The notes: a model not told the origin generated them from the sequence alone. Numbered from the stretch's first letter, positions 1-10,053 are shown. The stretch is 64,000 nucleotides of DNA from Candidatus Planktophila sp. (GCA_009691145.1 SHVG01000001.1:13308-77307); one strand, 5' to 3'. A program made the numbers and translations.

Positions 1-281
1 GACATGAGTCCGATTTTCTTATGACCTTGATTTACAAGGTGTTGTGTGGCTGTTCGGGCAGCGGCCACATCATCGATTTTTACACTTGCACATTGGGCAT
101 GATGCATGCCCACCAATGCAACTGGAATTCCGAGGCTTAAATCGGCGCGTGTTAATGGGTAGTCCAGTTTTTGCGCCGCTGCGATTATCTTGGCCCATGT
201 GAGCTCATTGACATGTTGCAGTCGAGACTCCCGCCTCATCGGCAACCTCTTTGATTCAAGCCACTGAGACCCAATTTTCAT
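1..281 (-). pseudogene. Degenerate LacI-family transcriptional regulator (runs off the window edge)
   Basis: Manual minus-strand translation. One frame reads V-A-stop-IKEVADEAGVSTAT (LacI HTH, GTG at 264). Another frame reads HVNELTWAKIIAAAQKLDYP...LGIPVALVG...SVKIDDVAAARTATQHLVNQGHKKIGLM (hinge plus part of the sensor domain). There is an internal stop, a frameshift and missing segments. Confidence 0.75.
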
Positions 282-386
282 TGTTATCTCTGCAAAAATC
301 TATTATTTTTGCTGCAAGAGATGTAAAACTACGGCACTACAGCGGTAATGAGCAATCCCTGCCGGGTTAGAGGATAAGTTTGCCCC

Positions 387-983
387 ATGAGCCAACAAAT
401 CCAGACCCAGATAGATGTAAGCCTGAGCGAGCGCAACCGCATAAGCGCCCTATTTCGCATCATCCTGGTCGTGCCCATGGCGATCTTCGTCGCCTCTTTT
501 GCCCCAACGGATCTGAGCACATCTAACTCAAACTACTTATCTCTTAGCTTCTTAACCTTGCCTACCGCCCTTGCCATTGTTGTTCGTCAGATCTATCCAA
601 GTTATCTGCTCGCTTTCAATCACGCTCTTCTCTCGCTTCAGACTCGCCTCGATGCATATGTCTTACTGCTCACCGATGAATATCCATCAATCGAAGAGAA
701 CGATGTCGTCAGCGTTATATTCCCAGAAGTTGATGCAAAGCAACTCAACCAGTGGCTGCCACTTATTAAATGGTTCCTAGCTATTCCGCTATATGTGGTG
801 GGTCTTTTTTACATCGTTTACTTATTCCTCTTAACGATTGCTGGCTGGTTCAGCGTGCTCTTTACCGGCAACTATCCAGAGAAGTGCGCTGAAGGTGTTG
901 TCGGAACAATTGCTTACTGGAACCGAGTCATTGGCTACGCATTTCTACTCGTTACAGATGAGTACCCAACATTCTCGCTCTAA
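387..983 (+). CDS. DUF4389-type membrane protein
   Basis: Two internal repeats ending in Y..LLTDEYP / Y.FLLVTDEYPTF, with hydrophobic segments. Confidence 0.8.
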   Translation: MSQQIQTQIDVSLSERNRISALFRIILVVPMAIFVASFAPTDLSTSNSNYLSLSFLTLPTALAIVVRQIYPSYLLAFNHALLSLQTRLDAYVLLLTDEYPSIEENDVVSVIFPEVDAKQLNQWLPLIKWFLAIPLYVVGLFYIVYLFLLTIAGWFSVLFTGNYPEKCAEGVVGTIAYWNRVIGYAFLLVTDEYPTFSL

Positions 984-986
984 TCG

Positions 987-1631
987 ATGACTCTCCACTC
1001 GGCTCAAAAGATGCGGCGCATAGTTTGCGAGGTTGCCGAGTCAGATAAGAGGTTTGCACCACTTATTGCACGCCGTCCACTTTGTACTATCGGTAGAAAT
1101 CTACGCAATGAAACTCACTTGGAGTCCTTGATTAGTTCGGTGATATCCCAACAACTTGCAACTAAAGCTGCCGATACAATTCATGGCCGTTTAGTTCTTG
1201 CCTGCAAGGGTCAAATCACAGCGCGAAAACTAATCAAATTAACGGACTCAGATTTACGGGCAATTGGAGTATCCGGGGCTAAGAGCCGCACCATTAAAGG
1301 CTTAGCGGCGGCGATAGTGGAGAAAACTATTCCGATTGACCGCATTGACGAGATTCATGATGACCAAGAGATTTTCGAGGCGTTAACTTCGCTCTGGGGA
1401 ATCGGACGATGGACCGTTGAAATGTTTATGATCTTTCAGTTAGGGCGATTAGATATCTGGCCTACTGGTGATTTAGCTGTTCGCCGCGGCTGGGATATTG
1501 TGCATAAAAACCATGAAGAGAGCTCAGCTAAAGCTCTAGATCTAAAGGGTGAAAAATTTCATCCACATCGCAGTGTTGTAGCGTGGTACTGCTATCAAGC
1601 CGTGCATGAATCACGGGGCTTAGCTTATTAA
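987..1631 (+). CDS. alkA: DNA-3-methyladenine glycosylase II (AlkA / HhH-GPD family)
   Basis: VISQQLA motif, helix-hairpin-helix LWGIGRWTVEM, and PTGDLAVR (GPD-like). Confidence 0.88.
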   Translation: MTLHSAQKMRRIVCEVAESDKRFAPLIARRPLCTIGRNLRNETHLESLISSVISQQLATKAADTIHGRLVLACKGQITARKLIKLTDSDLRAIGVSGAKSRTIKGLAAAIVEKTIPIDRIDEIHDDQEIFEALTSLWGIGRWTVEMFMIFQLGRLDIWPTGDLAVRRGWDIVHKNHEESSAKALDLKGEKFHPHRSVVAWYCYQAVHESRGLAY

Positions 1632-2041
1632 ATCTCCTCAAGGATTAATGAGACAGAGTTAATGCACCAGCGCTCATCGGTTGGGACGTCATAGCCCTCA
1701 CCCTTAAAGACATGACCTAAATGCGAGCCACATGCGGCGCAGCGCACTTCAGTACGCACTCTAGGAAAAAGTGAGCGATCCTCAATTAACTCAACGGCGT
1801 CATCGGCAGTGGGAGCATAAAAAGATGGCCATCCGCAGCCTGAGTGAAACTTCGTTTCGCTTTTAAATAGCACGGCGCTGCATGCCTTGCACTTGTAAAC
1901 TCCAACCTTGTCGGTGTCGGTGTACTCACCTGTGAATGGAGCCTCGGTGGCCGCCTTTCTCAACACATCGTAGGAGAGTGGATCTAAGGCTGCCGCCAGT
2001 TCGCTCTCATTAATCTTTACTGGATAGTTTTTCTCACTCAT
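1628..2041 (-). CDS. msrB: Peptide-methionine (R)-S-oxide reductase
   Basis: TEAPFTG, CKAC, SGCGWPSF, CGSHLGHVF and RWCINS motifs. Confidence 0.97.
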   Translation of the reverse strand: MSEKNYPVKINESELAAALDPLSYDVLRKAATEAPFTGEYTDTDKVGVYKCKACSAVLFKSETKFHSGCGWPSFYAPTADDAVELIEDRSLFPRVRTEVRCAACGSHLGHVFKGEGYDVPTDERWCINSVSLILEEI

Positions 2042-2565
2042 GCCGAAACACTGGCCGTTGGATATGCAACGCCAGTGCTGGAATGACAGTCATAACCATT
2101 GGGATTCTTCACTAAATACTTTTGGTGATACTCCTCGGCCGGATAGTAAGTAACCCCATCTGCGCTAATAATCTCGGTGGCAATCAGATCTAAGCCCTCG
2201 GCAGTTAGTACGCCCTGATAGGCATCGCGCGATGCAACGGCATTTACGTACTGCGCAGGTGTTGTTGTATAAATAGAGCTACGGTACTGGGTTCCGATAT
2301 CACCGCCCTGTCGATTCAGTGACGTTGGATCATGCATTGTCCAAAACTCTTCAAGTAAACGCTGATAAGAAATCTTTGACTCATCAAAACTGACTTTGAC
2401 CATCTCGGCATGGCCCGTAGCACCGGTGCAGACGTTTTCATATGTTGGATTCTGCGTACTGCCACCCATGTAGCCCACAGATGTTTCAACTACACCAGGC
2501 ATCTGCCAGAGACGGCGTTCAGCGCCCCAAAAGCAGCCCGTTGCAAAGTACGCGATTGAACTCAT
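2038..2565 (-). CDS. msrA: Peptide-methionine (S)-S-oxide reductase
   Basis: GCFWG active site, RQGGDIGTQYRS and AEEYHQKY. Start reassigned to the ATG at 2565. Confidence 0.97.
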   Translation of the reverse strand: MSSIAYFATGCFWGAERRLWQMPGVVETSVGYMGGSTQNPTYENVCTGATGHAEMVKVSFDESKISYQRLLEEFWTMHDPTSLNRQGGDIGTQYRSSIYTTTPAQYVNAVASRDAYQGVLTAEGLDLIATEIISADGVTYYPAEEYHQKYLVKNPNGYDCHSSTGVAYPTASVSA

Positions 2566-2635
2566 AGGCCTAATTCTTACAGTTTCACAGCTATTGCGCA
2601 CGCGCTGATAACCTTGCACAGGTTGAACCCTTAGA

Positions 2636-2707
2636 GCCCCCGTAGCTCAGGGGATAGAGCACCGCCCTCCGGAGGCGGGTGCACAGGTTCGATTCCTGTC
2701 GGGGGCA
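2636..2707 (+). tRNA. tRNA-Arg (anticodon CCG)
   Basis: GCCCCCG/CGGGGGC acceptor stem, TAGCTCAG D-arm, CCGCC-CT-CCG-GA-GGCGG anticodon arm, GTTCGATTC T-loop. CCA is not encoded. Confidence 0.96.
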
Positions 2708-2758
2708 CACGCGAGATAAATCACTGTAAAAAACGGAAATCTTTTCCTCATACATCCT

Positions 2759-2774
2759 TGTGAATACCCTCAGG
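2759..2774 (+). promoter_or_regulatory. Degenerate CRP/GlxR-like site upstream of whiB1
   Basis: TGTGA-ATACCC-TCAGG against the consensus TGTGA-N6-TCACA. A second weak match, CGCGA-GATAAA-TCACT, lies at 2710-2725. whiB1 is CRP-regulated in mycobacteria. Confidence 0.35.
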
Positions 2775-2877
2775 AGGCGAGAGAATTACCTCCTTGCGCA
2801 GGCAAAAGTATGCGTATTCACAATGGAAGTTGGATGTATTGAGGCCTCGCCACAACGGGGCTAGAGGAGGCATGCAC

Positions 2878-3147
2878 ATGGATTGGCGACATCAATCGGC
2901 CTGCCGCGATGAAGATCCCGAGCTATTTTTCCCTGTCGGAAACACAGGGCCTGCAATAAGCCAGATCGAAGAGGCTAAAAAAGTCTGTAACCGCTGCATC
3001 GTTAAAGAGCCCTGCCTTGCATGGGCCCTTGAGAGCGGTCAAGATGCTGGCGTCTGGGGCGGACTATCAGAGGATGAGCGCCGTGCCCTCAAGCGCCGTG
3101 CTGCACGTAACCGAGCACGTCTGCAGGAGCAGCAAAGCTCTTTTTAA
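2878..3147 (+). CDS. whiB1: WhiB-family Fe-S transcription factor, WhiB1/WblE type
   Basis: MDWRHQSACRDEDPELFFPVGNTGPA...C..C.....C...GVWGGLSEDERR. SD GAGGAGG at 2864-2870. Confidence 0.95.
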   Translation: MDWRHQSACRDEDPELFFPVGNTGPAISQIEEAKKVCNRCIVKEPCLAWALESGQDAGVWGGLSEDERRALKRRAARNRARLQEQQSSF

Positions 3148-3162
3148 TTAAACATTAACCCT

Positions 3163-4632
3163 TTACAACGGAAAACGAAGTATCGCCGTTGTTCCCAAAT
3201 CCGTAGAGGTCAATGTCAATTTACCCTTTAACTCATTCTCTGTCAGCGTGCGCACAATCTGCAAACCTAAGTTAGATGAGGTCGCTACATCAAAGTCATC
3301 GGGTAGGCCAATCCCATCGTCGATAATTGTAATGACACACTCGTTGCTATAACGGGCGAGTTTGATTGAAAGCGTTGAGCCTTGCTCTGCTAGCCCATGC
3401 TCGAGGGCGTTATGCATTAACTCGGTTACAACTAATGACAATGGTGTTGCCAGACGCGACTCCAACGAACCCATTTCACCTTCGCGCACAATCGTGAGTT
3501 CGCCCATGCGTGGGCTGAGCTCTAGTGCATGTGTAATCAAACTTGTTAAGACGGCGTCAAAGGCGACGTCATCATCGCTACTGCCAGATAAGGTCTCATG
3601 CACCAGGGCGATTGATGCAATTCTTCGCACCGCCTCATTGAGTGCAGAAGCCGCCCCTGGATCTTCAATTCTCCTAGCCTGTAAACGCAAAAGCGCCGAC
3701 ACTGTCTGCAGATTGTTTTTCACACGGTGATGAATCTCGCGAATCGTTGTGTCTTTAGTGACGAGTTCGCGGTCACGGCGACGTAGCTCTGTCACATTTT
3801 GCAGTAGAACAATTGCACCGATGCGATCATCGCCTGCAAGTAGCGGCAGAACAAGTAAATCGATCGTTGCACCTTGATTATCAATCTCTACCCTGCGCAA
3901 AACCCTTCCATTTAGACGTGTACCAATCCCCTCTTCATGGGCATCGGGTGAGTTCTTTACAACGGCTTCGGCAACTTCACCTAACTTCTGATTTGTAATC
4001 TCACTCTTCCAGCCCATACGGCTAAAGGCCGATCGAGCATTAGGGCTAGCAAAAGAGATAACACCATTGACATCCAGGCGGATTAATCCATCACCAACAC
4101 GTGGCACTGGCTCAAAGAGTGAACCTGCATCTTGATAGGGAAATGAGCCCTCTGAGACCATGCGATAAAGAGCGTGCGCAATTTCGCGATAGTTAAGTTC
4201 TAGCGCACTAGGTGAGCGCATTAAATCTGAGTTTCGATGGCGAGAGATTACAGCGATGACCTGTCCCTGAAAAAAGACTGGAATCGTCTCCTCTTTAATC
4301 ATGAGCTCACCGAACTTTTCAGGCTCAGAGTTTCGAATGATCTCTCCACTTGAAAGCGCTTCATCGATGTGGCTGCGACTACCCCACATGACTTCTTCAC
4401 CGATAACATCCTCGGTAAAGACCGTCGCCGCCGTGGTTGGTCGAATATGAGCAACTGCAACATGGCCCGTTGGCCACAACTTCACATCTTTTCTAATTGG
4501 AACCCAGAGAATTAAATCTGCAAACGAGAGATCTGAAAGTAGCTGCCAATCGGCGACTAATTCGCGCAGGCGATGAGCTTGATCGATCGTTACAGAGCTT
4601 CGCCCATGGATTAAGGTTTCAAACTCTGGCAT
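3163..4632 (-). CDS. pdtaS: Cytoplasmic sensor histidine kinase, PdtaS type
   Basis: WQLLSDLSFADL N-terminal domain, PAS-like region, IREIHHRVKNNLQ (HisKA_2) and DDGIGLP/NLGLQIV ATPase. Convergent with whiB1 as in other actinobacteria. Confidence 0.92.
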   Translation of the reverse strand: MPEFETLIHGRSSVTIDQAHRLRELVADWQLLSDLSFADLILWVPIRKDVKLWPTGHVAVAHIRPTTAATVFTEDVIGEEVMWGSRSHIDEALSSGEIIRNSEPEKFGELMIKEETIPVFFQGQVIAVISRHRNSDLMRSPSALELNYREIAHALYRMVSEGSFPYQDAGSLFEPVPRVGDGLIRLDVNGVISFASPNARSAFSRMGWKSEITNQKLGEVAEAVVKNSPDAHEEGIGTRLNGRVLRRVEIDNQGATIDLLVLPLLAGDDRIGAIVLLQNVTELRRRDRELVTKDTTIREIHHRVKNNLQTVSALLRLQARRIEDPGAASALNEAVRRIASIALVHETLSGSSDDDVAFDAVLTSLITHALELSPRMGELTIVREGEMGSLESRLATPLSLVVTELMHNALEHGLAEQGSTLSIKLARYSNECVITIIDDGIGLPDDFDVATSSNLGLQIVRTLTENELKGKLTLTSTDLGTTAILRFPL

Positions 4633-4634
4633 CG

Positions 4635-5021
4635 CTATTTCCAACTATCTAACTCTTGTGCAATCTCCTGTGTTGCAAACCAAATAAGTTCCTCATCACC
4701 GTTGTGAGCCAGTAGTGCGCATTGAACTTGGCTCCACATGATTGGCCCAGTCAATGTGAGCGAGTCCTCATAGTTTTCCCCGCACTGAGAGCTCTCTAGT
4801 TCGATAGCTAAAACTAAGCCTGGCCCAGCTTGCGAGCCCCGTAGTTCAAACGCTGATTCACCTGCTAATACCGATAAGAGGTATTCAATCTCTTCTTCAT
4901 CACAATCTAGATTCTCATTTATAAAAGCTGGCGTTGGTGCAAATACCTGGTCGGCATCAAGGCTCTGGCTCGCAAGAAATCCAGCAAGATCGCTATGACT
5001 GATGGGAAGGTATGCACGCAT
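4635..5021 (-). CDS. Conserved actinobacterial hypothetical protein (DUF6912-like)
   Basis: MRAYLP N-terminus, DEEEIEY, and C-terminal LIWFATQEI. Confidence 0.7.
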   Translation of the reverse strand: MRAYLPISHSDLAGFLASQSLDADQVFAPTPAFINENLDCDEEEIEYLLSVLAGESAFELRGSQAGPGLVLAIELESSQCGENYEDSLTLTGPIMWSQVQCALLAHNGDEELIWFATQEIAQELDSWK

Positions 5022-5040
5022 GCGCCAATGGTATTAGAAG

Positions 5041-6141
5041 TTAACGAACTATCTCACTGGCTATTGTGGCAATTGACTTGCGCAGGCCAGAGCGCTCATT
5101 GACCTCGATAAGAGTTGATTTTTGCGCCTCTGCAGCCGTGGTCGCGCGTGCATCGCGCGCAATAACTCGAACGTTGCGGGGGCGAAGTGGCGTTGTAACT
5201 GCAAGGAACTTAGCCTCTTCATCTGATCCCTTGCGGCCTTGGGAGCGCATATTGAGAGTAAAACTCAACGCACTTCGGATTGAGGTTTTTTCGATCAACG
5301 AACTGACTTGCTCTAACCGGTGCAGGCCTAAAACATCGGGGCGCGCAACGACCATCAACTCATCGCCTTGATCACATGACCATGTTGTCATCGTTGACGT
5401 CCAACGCCGATCAGTGAGTCGATTAGATAACCCTGAGATTGAGCCAAGATCGATAATGATGTGATCAAATGACTGCGTTGCCTGCTCCATGAATGCATCG
5501 ACCGATGTGGCCTGCTCCTGTGAAATCTCAGCTATTGATAGCGAAGGTGCAATTGAGCGCCATCCCGCTTCGCTATTTAGATTTCGTACAGCCAGTAAGG
5601 CGGCAACAGATGGTGCACGAAAGTTTGCATCGATCAAAAGCGTTGCCTTTTCAATAATGCTCAGCTCCATCGCGATATTAATAGCTAAAGTTGTACAGCC
5701 TGTATTGCTACCTGCCGAGCCAACTGCAAGTACATGAGCTCTGCGTCCTTGGCGTGAGAGTTGTGTACCCTGTCTCAACATAGGCGCACGCACAAAGCCG
5801 CGGACTAGGCTAATGAGATCGGTTGCAGTTGTTGGTATGCAATGTAGTTCACCTAATGCACCATCGTGTGCCGGGGCATCAGAGAAGCCAACAATCTGTT
5901 TGACTTTCGGAGCCATTGCATCTAAGTGCTCACGAGTGATCCCAGATAAATCTGAGGCAAATATCAAGATAGCCCCGCGTGCGCTATCGGGGCTGCTCTT
6001 TATATAGCTTTCAAGTGATTCGATATCGATTGCGCGAAAGATGACACTCCAGCCCTGCGCAAAGAGTGTCCCTGCGACAAAGCCCTCGCTCTGGGCGTTA
6101 GCAATTGCAGTAATTACCGTTGGAAGCTCTAGATCAGACAT
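5041..6141 (-). CDS. MinD/ParA/CpaE-like P-loop protein with degenerate Walker A
   Basis: VLAVGSAGSNTGCTTLAINIA, LLIDAN and FDHIIIDLG motifs, with a receiver-like N-terminus. Start reassigned to the ATG at 6141. Confidence 0.75.
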   Translation of the reverse strand: MSDLELPTVITAIANAQSEGFVAGTLFAQGWSVIFRAIDIESLESYIKSSPDSARGAILIFASDLSGITREHLDAMAPKVKQIVGFSDAPAHDGALGELHCIPTTATDLISLVRGFVRAPMLRQGTQLSRQGRRAHVLAVGSAGSNTGCTTLAINIAMELSIIEKATLLIDANFRAPSVAALLAVRNLNSEAGWRSIAPSLSIAEISQEQATSVDAFMEQATQSFDHIIIDLGSISGLSNRLTDRRWTSTMTTWSCDQGDELMVVARPDVLGLHRLEQVSSLIEKTSIRSALSFTLNMRSQGRKGSDEEAKFLAVTTPLRPRNVRVIARDARATTAAEAQKSTLIEVNERSGLRKSIATIASEIVR

Positions 6142-6733
6142 GTGAACGGACCACCACCAAGCGACCATGAGTTGTTGCAGATAGAAGTCGTAGAATCTGT
6201 GTCTCTTCAACTGCGAGAGTTAGCGTCGCATCGGTTCCGAAGTTCTTACCCTTTTGATCAAAGCTCAGCAGAGTCACTCCCCCTAAGATTAAAACGGGAT
6301 CAACGGGTAGCTCTCCATTTTGGCTATCAACTACCCAGTAGATATCTATGCCTTCTCCAGCTGTAATCCCTGCAGCTACATCAACGGCGCGAATGCTTAT
6401 AGGTACAGCACTTGCCGCTAAGAGATTGCTACTCGAACTCACGCTCTGGCTACTCATAATCTGACCAGGGCTTACTTTGTTGATGAGAATTAAACCAAGG
6501 GGATCATCGCCCTTTGTTAAGTACAGCGACGCGCTCGAATCTAAATCAAAGTGTCGTAGAGCAATGTCGCCAGTAACGATCTGATGTCCTGGTGCCATAT
6601 CAACGGCGGCGATCCAGAAATCACTACCTCGGTGGGAAAAAGTTGCTAGAAAAAAGGCAGAGAGGAATGAGGCGATAATTAATGTGATCGCCAGCGGTGT
6701 GCGAGAGCGCGAAGAATCCTTTTTATATGTCAT
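6134..6733 (-). CDS. SAF-domain / CpaB(RcpC)-like membrane-anchored protein
   Basis: N-terminal TM, WIAAVDMAPGHQIVTGDI (SAF) and GITAGEGIDIY...LTLAV (RcpC-like). Confidence 0.7.
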   Translation of the reverse strand: MTYKKDSSRSRTPLAITLIIASFLSAFFLATFSHRGSDFWIAAVDMAPGHQIVTGDIALRHFDLDSSASLYLTKGDDPLGLILINKVSPGQIMSSQSVSSSSNLLAASAVPISIRAVDVAAGITAGEGIDIYWVVDSQNGELPVDPVLILGGVTLLSFDQKGKNFGTDATLTLAVEETQILRLLSATTHGRLVVVRSHV

Positions 6734-6773
6734 AGCGCGAACTCAAGGGCAATAGCCTAGAAAAAATTGAGCT

Positions 6774-6857
6774 TTATCCACACTCAGCCATATGGATGAG
6801 TCAATCTCGCCGCTGTGGTTGAGGTAAGCACATGTATAAACCGTGAATCTATCCACA
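6774..6857. promoter_or_regulatory. Cluster of DnaA-box-like 9-mers
   Basis: Perfect TTATCCACA at 6774-6782 and CTATCCACA at 6849-6857 (1 mismatch). Reverse-orientation TATGGATGA at 6791-6799, TGTGGTTGA at 6814-6822 and CATGTATAA at 6831-6839 (2 mismatches each). Confidence 0.55.
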
Positions 6858-7384
6858 TGGTTACTAATCCGATCTACGACGAGCTCCCTACATTTAATCG
6901 AATCACTCTCACTGCGATTTCAAGTGATGAGAATGAGGATTGGCTCCATCCAGTCCTTGAAATCTTTCGCCCAAAGCCTGAGCCACAACTTCTGAAAAAG
7001 AGCAGGCTCTATCTTGTCCCTAGCATCTTTGATGATGAGTTCGATCCCGACTTTGCCCCTGAGCCAACATCGGCTGCCGATTTACCAGAGCTCGGCGAGT
7101 GGTGTACAGACTTTGCACACAATGTTCTAGAGGTCTTTGCCGGGCGCCGTCAGCCGACACAGTTGACCAAGCATTTTCATCATCGCATCTTTAGCGAACT
7201 CATTAAGAGATCTGGAAGTGAAAAAGAGATTGGCAAGATTAGAAAACTGCATATTAGCCAGCCACTCGATGGAATCTGCGAGACAACGGTCACGGTTCGA
7301 TTTAGAGATCGCTTACGTGCCCTTACCTTTAGATTCGAGGGAGTTGATAATCGCTGGCTCTGTACTGCCTTAACGCTGCTCTAA
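6857..7384 (+). CDS. Rv3235-family protein
   Basis: [13 protein letters not shown] and R.RAL.FRFE....RWLCTAL; convergent with secA, the conserved position. Confidence 0.8.
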   Translation: MVTNPIYDELPTFNRITLTAISSDENEDWLHPVLEIFRPKPEPQLLKKSRLYLVPSIFDDEFDPDFAPEPTSAADLPELGEWCTDFAHNVLEVFAGRRQPTQLTKHFHHRIFSELIKRSGSEKEIGKIRKLHISQPLDGICETTVTVRFRDRLRALTFRFEGVDNRWLCTALTLL

Positions 7385-10053
7385 GCTGCGCCGTGGCAAC
7401 GCTTATATTTTTTACCTGAGCCACATGGGCATGGCGCATTGCGCGAGACTTCACCAGTTGTCTTAACACCTGACTCGTCGGCTGCGGTGTACTGCAAACC
7501 AGTTGTTGGGAGTGGCTTTGCCTCAAGCCCGGCTCCTGTGACCTCGTTGCTTGAACTCTCAACGCTTATCTCGATATTAAATAAGAAGCTAGCGATCTCT
7601 TCTTTAATAGCATCCATCATCGCTGAGAAGAGCTCGTAGCCCTCACGCTGGTATTCAACGAGGGGATCACGTTGAGCCATGGCACGCAGACCAATACCCT
7701 CCTGCAGATAATCCATCTCATATAAGTGCTCACGCCATTTGCGATCTAGAACCGAGAGCAAGACCTTGCGCTCGAGTTCGCGCATGACTTCGGTGCCTAA
7801 GCTCTCTTCCCGCACTGCATAGGCCTTTTCGCAGTCTTCAATAATGCCAGCTGTAAGGAAATCTGCATCGAGTGCGCTGCGTGAGCCGACCGATGCGATG
7901 AGATCCTCAACGCTAAATGAGATTGGATAGATAGTCTTTATTGCCTTCCAGAGAGTATCTAAATCCCAGTCTTCGGCATATCCCTGCGACGTTGCGATGC
8001 TGACATAGGCAGTTAATGTTTCACGGACAAACCCGGCAACTTGATCCTTAATATCTTCGCCTTCTAGCACCATGCGGCGCTCGCCATAGACAACTTGGCG
8101 CTGGCGATTCATGACATCGTCGTACTTCAAAACATTTTTACGCATCTCAAAGTTCTGCGCCTCGACCTGAGTCTGTGCAGAGCGAATAGCGTTGCTCACC
8201 ATCTTGGATTCAATCGGGGCATCCTCTGGAATACCGGCGGCTGTTAAGAAGCGCTCGACCATTCCTGAGTTAAATCGGCGCATGAGCTCGTCCTGTAATG
8301 AGAGATAGAAGCGTGACTCACCAGGATCGCCCTGTCGCCCTGAACGACCACGTAGCTGATTATCGATACGCCTGGATTCGTGGCGCTCGGTACCTAATAC
8401 ATAGAGACCACCGAGTGCAATGACCTCTTCATGTCCCTTAGCAACGGCCGCCTTCTGTCGTGCAATCTCATCTGGCCAGGCCGCTTCATATGCTTCGGCG
8501 TTTTCGACCGGTGAAATTCCACGGCGTTGAAGTTCGAAGTCGGCCATGAACTCTGGATTTCCGCCGAGCATAATGTCTGTACCGCGACCTGCCATATTTG
8601 TTGCAACGGTGACTGCACCCAATACTCCGGCGCGCGCGATGATTGCAGCTTCGCGTTGGTGCTGCTTGGCGTTGAGAACCTCGTGAGGTACACCTGATTT
8701 ACGTAAAAAGGCAGAGAGCTCTTCCGATTTTTCAACGCTGACGGTACCGACTAATACAGGCTGGCCTTTGCGATGCTTTTCGGCGATATCTGCCGTAACT
8801 GCTATAAATTTTCCAGCCTCGGATTTATAGACCAGGTCGGCCTGATCGATACGAATCATGTCGCGGTTGGTAGGAATCGGAACAACACCGAGCTTATAGA
8901 TCTGATAAAACTCTGAGGCCTCAGTCATAGCAGTACCGGTCATGCCCGATAACGTGGCATAGAGACGGAAATAGTTCTGCAAAGTAATCGTTGCAAGAGT
9001 CTGGTTTTCATCTTTAATTTCAATGCGCTCTTTGGCTTCCAGGGCTTGGTGTAGACCCTCGCTATAGCGCCGACCTGCCAACATACGGCCCGTGTGCTCG
9101 TCAACGATTAAGAGTTCGCCATTCATCACTACATAATCCTTGTCGCGCTTAAACAACTCTTTGGCGCGCACTGCATTGTTGAGATAGCCAATCATTGGTG
9201 TATTTGCCGCCTCATAGAGGTTGCCAATCTGCAGCAACTCTTCGACCTTAGTTACACCTTCTTCTAGGATTCCAACGGTCTTTTTCTTCTCATCAACTTC
9301 GTAGTGAACATCGCGCTGCAACTTACCAACATGATTTGCAAATTCGACGTACCACTTGGTGGCCTTATCGGCAGGTCCACTAATAATCAAAGGAGTACGT
9401 GCCTCATCGATTAAAATTGAGTCGACCTCATCGACAACTGCAAAGAAGTGATCGCGCTGTACGCACTCTTCGAGTGACCAGGCCATATTGTCGCGTAGAT
9501 AATCAAAACCAAACTCATTATTTGTTCCATATGTAATATCGGCTAAATAAGCTTCACGTCTTTCAGCAGGTGTCATGTTGGCAAGGATTACTCCAACTTT
9601 TAAGCCTAAGAAGCGATGGATACGTCCCATCCATTCGCTGTCGCGCTCTGCTAAATAATCATTGGTTGTAACAACATGCACGCCGCGGCCTGCTAAGGCA
9701 TTTAAGTACGAAGGCAGAGTTGCAACCAGTGTCTTACCTTCACCGGTACGCATTTCCGCAATATTTCCGCGGTGCAGGGCAACTCCACCCATTAACTGAA
9801 CGTCATAGTGGCGCTGACCCAAGGTTCGCTGCGCCGCTTCGCGGACAACGGCAAAGGCCTCAGCCATTAGCTCATCCAGGGTCGTACCCTCTGAGAATCG
9901 CTTCTGAAAGAGCGCTGTCTGGGCACGCAGATCTGCATCAGAGAGTGCGCTTATGCGGGCTTCATGTCCATTGACTATAACAACGACTTTGCCGAGTTCG
10001 CGTAATATGCGTCCTTCACCTGCACGCAAAATCCTGTCAAAAAACGCTGGCAT
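7381..10053 (-). CDS. secA: Preprotein translocase subunit SecA
   Basis: [50 protein letters not shown] and C-terminal [14 protein letters not shown]. Confidence 0.99.
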   Translation of the reverse strand: MPAFFDRILRAGEGRILRELGKVVVIVNGHEARISALSDADLRAQTALFQKRFSEGTTLDELMAEAFAVVREAAQRTLGQRHYDVQLMGGVALHRGNIAEMRTGEGKTLVATLPSYLNALAGRGVHVVTTNDYLAERDSEWMGRIHRFLGLKVGVILANMTPAERREAYLADITYGTNNEFGFDYLRDNMAWSLEECVQRDHFFAVVDEVDSILIDEARTPLIISGPADKATKWYVEFANHVGKLQRDVHYEVDEKKKTVGILEEGVTKVEELLQIGNLYEAANTPMIGYLNNAVRAKELFKRDKDYVVMNGELLIVDEHTGRMLAGRRYSEGLHQALEAKERIEIKDENQTLATITLQNYFRLYATLSGMTGTAMTEASEFYQIYKLGVVPIPTNRDMIRIDQADLVYKSEAGKFIAVTADIAEKHRKGQPVLVGTVSVEKSEELSAFLRKSGVPHEVLNAKQHQREAAIIARAGVLGAVTVATNMAGRGTDIMLGGNPEFMADFELQRRGISPVENAEAYEAAWPDEIARQKAAVAKGHEEVIALGGLYVLGTERHESRRIDNQLRGRSGRQGDPGESRFYLSLQDELMRRFNSGMVERFLTAAGIPEDAPIESKMVSNAIRSAQTQVEAQNFEMRKNVLKYDDVMNRQRQVVYGERRMVLEGEDIKDQVAGFVRETLTAYVSIATSQGYAEDWDLDTLWKAIKTIYPISFSVEDLIASVGSRSALDADFLTAGIIEDCEKAYAVREESLGTEVMRELERKVLLSVLDRKWREHLYEMDYLQEGIGLRAMAQRDPLVEYQREGYELFSAMMDAIKEEIASFLFNIEISVESSSNEVTGAGLEAKPLPTTGLQYTAADESGVKTTGEVSRNAPCPCGSGKKYKRCHGAA

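Noticed and set aside
2615-2689. 10-bp repeat TGCACAGGTT upstream of (2615-2624) and inside (2680-2689) tRNA-Arg, as a possible att site
   Set aside because: It is short, lies upstream rather than duplicating the 3' end, and there is no integrase or foreign DNA nearby. Probably chance.
2794-2877. N-terminal extension of the whiB1 ORF given in the track
   Set aside because: A strong SD precedes the ATG at 2878 and family similarity begins at MDWRH.
6734-6857. Replication origin
   Set aside because: DnaA boxes are present, but there is no dnaA/dnaN/rpmH context and no clear AT-rich unwinding element. Reported only as a box cluster.
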